Shown here: positions 58,910 through 64,000 of the stretch, piece after piece | Position numbering within the stretch: the stretch's first letter is position 1 | Layout of the letters: each line of letters opens with the position of its first letter | DNA from: Macrostomum lignano | Taxonomy: Eukaryota | Reading direction: 5' to 3' | DNA: 64,000 nt | NCBI GenBank assembly: GCA_002269645.1 | Contig: NIVC01000853.1 | Location: forward strand, 1 to 64,000 | The notes under the pieces: model-generated | What the model was told of the DNA's origin: nothing | Seen by the model: only the letters and a program-made list of their open reading frames with translations | Databases searched by the model: none | Program-made: the position numbers and the translations under genes

Positions 58910-60664
58910 AGAGTTGATTTCACGAAGCTAGCAGACGTCGACATGCAAGGCTAAACTAGCAGCTGCTTTTCAGCCAGCCTCAACCCTTGTTAGTCAATGA
59001 ATTTCCTCTATCTTCATAACCTCCTACAAGACGGTCCGCATCGGGAGCCACGAGTTTACCTCGATAGAAGGAATTTCGCTGTCAGTGCTGAATTCACACA
59101 AAGATTCCGACTGAGTCCAGCTACTGCGGAGCATCTTGTGCAAAGAATTGGTCCTCAGCTGGCGCCTTCTACGCAGCGAAGTTGTGCTCTGTCCCCACGG
59201 GAACAAGTCTTGACTGCTCTGCGCTTCTACGCAACGAATATAGCTTTTATCACGTGCTACGGGATGCGCATGGCCCATCGACTGCATCCGTCTGCCGTGC
59301 AGTGCGCAATGTGTCACAGGCTGTGAACGAGCAGCTCTTCCAGGAGCAGGTGCGCTGGCCCGAGGATTTGCACCGAATCGGCCGTGACTTTTTTCGAGTC
59401 GCTCGCATGCCATCCGTGTGCGGCCTGGTGGATGGAACGTTGGTCCCAATCATCGCCCCGAGAGTCAATGAGGAGCAATTTGTGGACCGTAAGGGCCAAC
59501 ACTCATTGAACGTGATGCTCGTGTCAGGTCCCCAACACCAATTCCTGGCATGTAACGCGTCCTGGCCGGGAAGTGTGAACGACGTTCGCGTGCTGCGTAA
59601 TAGCAGCGTGTATGATGCGTTCGAGAACGCAGGATTTCGACCATTTCACGATGCAGTCTTATTGGGAGACTCAATCTACCCATGCCTTGAATGGCTGGTC
59701 CCACCTGTCCACGGTGACAATCTCCCGGTTGCATCTCGGCGGTTCAACCGGGCACATCGAGTGACGCGCTCCTCGGTCGAGCGGAGCATTGGCCTACTGA
59801 AGCTAAGGTTTCCGTGTCTGCGGATGCTGCGCGTGGCGACCCCCGAGTTGGCTGGTGAGATTGTGAAGACCTGCGTCACACTACACAATCTCTGCATAAG
59901 CATCGAAGGAGAAGTTGACGACAACATCGTTCAGAAATACAACATCACGGAGGAAGAAGACGCTGGAGGACATCATGCCGTGGCAGCTCACGTTGCTCCT
60001 CACGGAGCTCGCCGACGGGACAGGCTTGTGGCCGGTTTCGCGGCACAATGAGTGGCGCTATTGTGGTCTACACTGTGGTTGTCGTTTGTCAGTGGTAACA
60101 AACCATTGCTACTTTACATGCGATAGTTGTGTCCAAATTTGTGTCGAAAGTTTGTTTTGGGTGTTCATGTTTTTGGAAGGAAGTGGTCACTGTATTACTA
60201 CATGTACCTTCGGCATATGAAAGCAAAATGGATAAGGCCAAACAGCCCCCTGTCAATTGTCAACGCTTCAATAAACGCATATTATCCATTGTGTATTTCC
60301 AGCACGATACTATGATGTATTTTTCGTGAAAAATGTACGCGTCTCCTTTGGTATGTTTATTACAAAAAGAACTTTTTTTGTTATTTTAGAGTTTAGAACT
60401 TCTGCTTCAATAAAGCGGGCGCGAGACACGATAAAGTATGAAGTAGGGCTTTCCTGACGCAGAAAAGGCACAAATCAATAATCGTCTTAGTGACGCCTCA
60501 TGTCTATGGCGGAGACCCACGCTAGCATGCTTTTAGCCACGGCTTACTAGCCGTTGCTTTTTAGCATGGTGTTGTGAAACCACTTTTTCAGACGCGTCTA
60601 AATAGCACGGCTAAACTAGCTGCTGCTAACTGCTAACTGCTAGCTGTTTCGTGAAATCGGCCCC
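58910..60664 (+). mobile_element. PIF/Harbinger DNA transposon carrying only the transposase
   Basis: Imperfect TIRs (left AGAGTTGATTTCACGAAGCTAGCAG; right, reverse-complemented, GGGGCCGATTTCACGAAACAGCTAGCAG) bracket a HARBI1-like gene; no clear TSD. Confidence 0.75.
58997..60051 (+). pseudogene. Harbinger/HARBI1-like DDE transposase with one frameshift (350 aa if repaired)
   Basis: N-terminal part ...SPREQVLTALRFYATN, then a frameshift at about 59240 into SFYHVLRDAHG; catalytic VDGT, GDSIYP, VERSIG; WPGSVND motif. Confidence 0.85.
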
Positions 60665-61227
60665 AGGTGTGAAAGCCCAGATACATCTCAGGTGAGGGCT
60701 CTAAGGTGGGCGCGGAGTGGCAGGTGGGTGACACACAATCAGATTAAATAATGAGAGATCCTAATTGAAATGAAGTTAATAAACTGAATTAAAGCTATTT
60801 AATCAGGAGTTTTGCCTATGGCGCAGCTTGCATTGGGGTGGGGGGATGGGCAGGCCAAGGCCCTAAGCACTGAACCCTGTCACAATTTTCATCAGCTAAT
60901 ATGTTAATATCAATTTGAAGATGGCAATCCAATTTAATTAATTCAAACAGCCGGGAGAAGTGAAATTAAAATATTTTCTTAAATATTCCACACTTGATTT
61001 TTTATCTGCAGTGAGAGACAATTTTGTAGCTCGTATAGGCTTGTGTATTTGAATCTCTGCCGTTTCCGGGCACTGCGTTCTGCTGCGTTGAAACAAAAAT
61101 TATTTAAATAAGCGAGTAAAAACAGAGCCAAAGGCCAGCGAAATGCACAGCGCATCAGTGGGCTCAGAGCCTCCGAGTGAAATTCATTCATTTTGAACTA
61201 ATGTCCACCACAGGAAAAGATCCTCAA

Positions 61228-62052
61228 TCCCAGATCCTATATCTTAGACCCTAGATCCCCGATCCCAAATCCCAGATCATATATCCCTGATCCCTAATCC
61301 TAGATCCCCGATCCCTGATCTCCGATCCTAGATCCCTGATCCCTAATCCTAGATCCCCGATCCCTGATCTCCGATCCTAGATCCCTGATCCTAGATCCCT
61401 GATCTCAAATCCCTGAGATCTAGGTCCTAGATCTCAAATCCCTGATCCCCGATCCTAGATCTCAAATCCCTGATCCCCGATCCTAGATCTCAAATCCCTG
61501 ATCCCCGATCCTAGATCCTAGATCTTAGATTCCAGATCCTAGATCCCAGATCCTAGATCCCAGATCCTAGATCCTAGATCCCAGATCCTGGATCCCAGAT
61601 CCTAGATCCTAGATCCCAGATCCTAGATCCCCGATCCTAGATCTCAAATCCCTGATCCCCGATCCTAGATCCTAGATCTTAGATTCCAGATCCTAGATCC
61701 TAGATCCCAGCTCTTAGATCCCAGATTCCTGATCTTAGATCCCCAATCCCAAATCCTAGATCCCCGATCCTAAATCCCAGATCCTAGGTCCCAGATCCTA
61801 AATCCCAGATCCTAGGTCCCAGATCCTAAATCCCAGATCCTAGGTCCCAGATCCTAAATCCCAGATCCTAGGTCCCAGATCCTAAATCCCAGATCCTAGG
61901 TCCCAGATCCTAAATCCCAGATCCTAGGTCCCAGATCCTAAATCCCAGATCCTAGGTCCCAGATCCTAAATCCCAGATCCTAGGTCCCAGATCCTAAATC
62001 CCAGATCCTAGGTCCCAGATCCTAAATCCCAGATCCTAGGTCCCAGATCCCA
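61228..62052. repeat. Heptamer-based satellite (GATCCTA/GATCCCA) ending in a regular 28-bp higher-order unit
   Basis: GATCCTA-AATCCCA-GATCCTA-GGTCCCA repeated from about 61770 to 62050. Confidence 0.92.
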
Positions 62053-62064
62053 GAGTCTAGTAAC

Positions 62065-62316
62065 TCAGAGTTGCCGACTCCTCTGGTGCAGCAGCAGCCT
62101 AGAAGCAGCTAGCAGAGCCACAGACGCTACGGTTGTTGCCATGACAACTACATAGTGCCCGATGCTGGTCCCAATGTCCAGCCAAGAGCCGTGGTCTCGG
62201 ATTTGCAAGAAGAAATGCACGGCCAGAATGTCCGAGAACAGCAGCACCTCCAGCACCAGGAGCGAGCGGGCCAGAATGGCGAATGCCATGCCTACTGTCA
62301 GCATGGGCAGTAGTAT
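62065..62316 (-). CDS. PIGN: GPI ethanolamine phosphate transferase 1, terminal exon
   Basis: ILLPMLTV...[33 protein letters not shown] matches the PIGN/Mcd4 C-terminus as recalled ([32 protein letters not shown]); acceptor CGCAG, stop TGA at 62067-62065. Confidence 0.93.
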   Translation of the reverse strand: [83 protein letters not shown]

Positions 62317-62323
62317 CTGCGGG

Positions 62324-63086
62324 ATGAGAAGGGCGATTATTTGGGATGAGAATGGCGATTATTTGGGGTGAGAAGGGCGATTATTTGGGGTGAGAAGGGC
62401 GATTATTTGGGGTGAGAAGGGCGATTATTTGGGATGAGAATGGCGATTATTTGGGGTGAGAAGGGCGATTATTTGGGGTGAGAAGGGCGATTATTTGGGG
62501 TGAGAAGGGCGATTGTTTGGGGTGAGAAGGGCGATTGTTTGGGGTGAGAAGGGCGATTATTTGGGGTGAGAAGGGCGATTATTTGGGGTGAGAAGGGCGA
62601 TTATTTGGGGTGAGAAGGGCGATTATTTGGGGTGAGAAGGGCGATTATTTGGGGTGAGAAGGGCGATTGTTTGGGGTGAGAAGGGCGATTGTTTGGGGTG
62701 AGAAGGGCGATTATTTGGGGTGAGAAGGGCGATTATTTGGGGTGAGAAGGGCGATTATTTGGGGTGAGAAGGGCGATTATTTGGGGTGAGAAGGGCGATT
62801 ATTTGGGGTAAGAAGGGCGATTATTTGGGGTGAGAAGGGCGATTGTTTGGGGTGAGAAGGGCGATTGTTTGGGGTGAGAAGGGCGATTGTTTGGGGTGAG
62901 AAGGGCGATTATTTGGGGTGAGAAGGGCGATTATTTGGGGTGAGAAGGGCGATTGTTTGGGGTGAGAAGGGCGATTATTTGGGGTGAGAAGGGCGATTAT
63001 TTGGGGTGAGAAGCGCGATTATTTGGGGTGAGAAGGGCGATTATTTGGGGTGAGAAGGGCGATTATTTGGGGTGAGAAGGGCGATT
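62324..63086. repeat. 22-bp minisatellite GGGCGATTATTTGGGGTGAGAA filling the last PIGN intron
   Basis: About 35 tandem units between exon 63120-63195 and exon 62065-62316. Confidence 0.96.
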
Positions 63087-63119
63087 ACTCGGGCCAGTTT
63101 ACTAGCAGTACAAACCCAC

Positions 63120-63195
63120 CTTGACCAGCATCAGAAAGCCCATGGTGAAGGGGCTGAACACAGTGATGAAGCAGTACACAGAGGATGTATCAAAT
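63120..63195 (-). CDS. PIGN: PIGN internal exon (76 bp)
   Basis: (S)FDTSSVYCFITVFSPFTMGFLMLVK; TTTCAG acceptor, GTGGGT donor; phases match the neighbouring exons. Confidence 0.92.
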
Positions 63196-63283
63196 CTGAA
63201 ACAACGAAGGAGATGTCAATGAAGTTTAAACACTGATTTGTGAGATAAGCAAAAAAACCAATAAGAAGAGGTTGGTCGCTCAC

Positions 63284-63339
63284 GAGTTGATGCTGGCAAT
63301 GTTGCCTGTGCCAAAAAATGACAGCAGCAACAGGAATAC
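63284..63339 (-). CDS. PIGN: PIGN internal exon (56 bp)
   Basis: VFLLLLSFFGTGNIASIN(S) carries the FFGTGNIASINS signature; AG acceptor, GTGAGC donor. Confidence 0.92.
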
Positions 63340-63404
63340 CTGATGCCCTGACAGAGTTAAGGAAAACTGCGTGGCAATGTATGTTGACAAAGACCTTCAA
63401 AGTT

Positions 63405-63625
63405 GGGTATCCATGATACACAAACAAAGACCTGAAAGTCAGTGGTCAATATAGATAACCCACTAACAAAGACCTGAGAGTCAGGGGTTAATAATCCACT
63501 AACAAAGACCTGAGAGTCAGGGGTCAATAACCCACCAACAAAGACCTGAGGGTCAGGGGTCAATAACCCACTAACAAAGACCTGAGAGCCAGGGGTCAAA
63601 ACTCCATTAGCAAAGACCTGAGAGT
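63405..63625. repeat. About 36-bp intronic repeat AACAAAGACCTGAGAGTCAGGGGT(C/T)AATAA(C/T)CCACT
   Basis: About 6 tandem units inside PIGN intron 63340-63666. Confidence 0.85.
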
Positions 63626-63666
63626 CAACGACCAGGGAATGACACCAAATATAACGGCAAGGATAC

Positions 63667-64000
63667 AAAGCAGAGGTTCTGCCGCAGTCCGCCGCCCAGA
63701 GTCCGCAGTCCTCGCTCAACCGCCAGCCGCTCTTTTCCCAGCTTTGCGTCCGCCTCATCGGCGCTACAGTCTCCGTCACTGCCGTCCGCCAGCGTCATCA
63801 GCAGCAGGCATTCAATCCGCGTCCAGGCCTCCAGGAACACGGCCAGGGTCAGCAGGAACAGGCCCTCGTAGCTGATGCACATCAGTCCGTACACAGGCAG
63901 CAGCAGGGCTACGGAAGGTGCCAGGCCGGAGTACCCAGTCGCTGATTGGCTGACAGACACCCGGCGAGAGTTGGTCCAGCCAATCAGAGGGAAGACAGCT
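63667..64000 (-). CDS. PIGN: PIGN exon, truncated by the window edge (5' boundary unknown)
   Basis: VYGLMCISYEGLFLLTLAVFLEAWTRIE resembles PIGN [28 protein letters not shown]; donor GTATCC after ...QNLCF is in phase with the next exon. Confidence 0.8.

Overview
Repeat-rich animal (invertebrate) genomic DNA. A lophotrochozoan or flatworm-like host is only a guess. The centre of the window (12273-41097, 28.8 kb) is three full-length Helitrons on the minus strand. They are fused exactly head-to-tail (CTAG|TC junctions) inside a single A^T target site. Each carries a 9-exon gene (about 1729 aa in copies 1 and 2) with the order STPR-like 23-aa repeats, OTU protease, Zn finger, HUH Rep and Pif1 helicase, plus internal minisatellites. 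All three share a non-canonical GG donor at intron 5. To the right are an intronless divergent TALE homeobox gene, a recently inserted Mag-like Gypsy element with 358-bp LTRs, two copies of a tRNA-derived SINE, an intronless amidated ...MRY-G neuropeptide precursor (NKY-like), a frameshifted PIF/Harbinger element, the last four exons of PIGN, and many minisatellites. The first 12 kb hold decayed mariner and Penelope-like fragments, foldback/MITE elements and tandem repeats. All coordinates and identity statements were read by eye; no alignment or database search was run.
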